Shown here piece by piece: positions 63,901-64,000 of a stretch of DNA of 64,000 nt. Each line of letters starts with the position of its first letter. Position 1 is the stretch's first letter. Origin of the DNA: Callorhinchus milii (lineage: Eukaryota); contig NW_024704743.1 of NCBI RefSeq assembly GCF_018977255.1, forward strand, positions 45,448,001 through 45,512,000, read 5' to 3'. The notes under the pieces were generated by a model. That model worked only from the letters and a program-made list of their open reading frames with translations. It ran no database searches and was not told where the DNA came from. A program made the position numbers and the translations under genes.

Positions 63901-64000
63901 CACATGAAAATTCTTGCAATTCGAATGGAATGAGCCCTCCAACCAGCTGAAACCACATAGCTTGCTATTGAAAACACTGTCTGGCAAGCTTCCCACTGTT

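Overview
Vertebrate genomic DNA. The repeat landscape (tRNA-derived Deu-type SINEs with L2-derived tails, L2 and CR1 LINE fragments, Penelope-type termini) looks like a cartilaginous fish, probably a chimaera/holocephalan; this is inference. The right half (about 29.3-59.8 kb, minus strand) holds the 3' part of NEK10 (NIMA-related kinase 10). I traced 12 internal coding exons with mutually compatible splice phases, from kinase subdomain X/XI (IVEAAYEPVPEG...RCLTSDAEARPD) through the coiled-coil and the conserved C-terminal block (ASAGIAVSQRKVRQISDPIQQILIQLHKIIYITQ...GITYEQMQ), plus a probable terminal exon and AT-rich 3' UTR. The upstream exons lie outside the window. The left ~29 kb is intergenic: retroposon relics separated by unique, possibly conserved non-coding islands. 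Almost all ORFs in the supplied track are spurious readings of SINE/LINE relics. I found no clearly new multi-gene system. The most notable observations are: an unclassified dispersed repeat family (8 fragments, no shared termini); a degenerate hammerhead-ribozyme core in a Penelope-type terminus; a 52-bp-stem hairpin in the last NEK10 intron; a probable GC-AG intron and a frame-neutral extra exon in NEK10; a covarying SINE/L2 3' stem-loop with mutual SINE/L2 nesting; and a probable locally templated insertion flanked by a 30-bp duplication.
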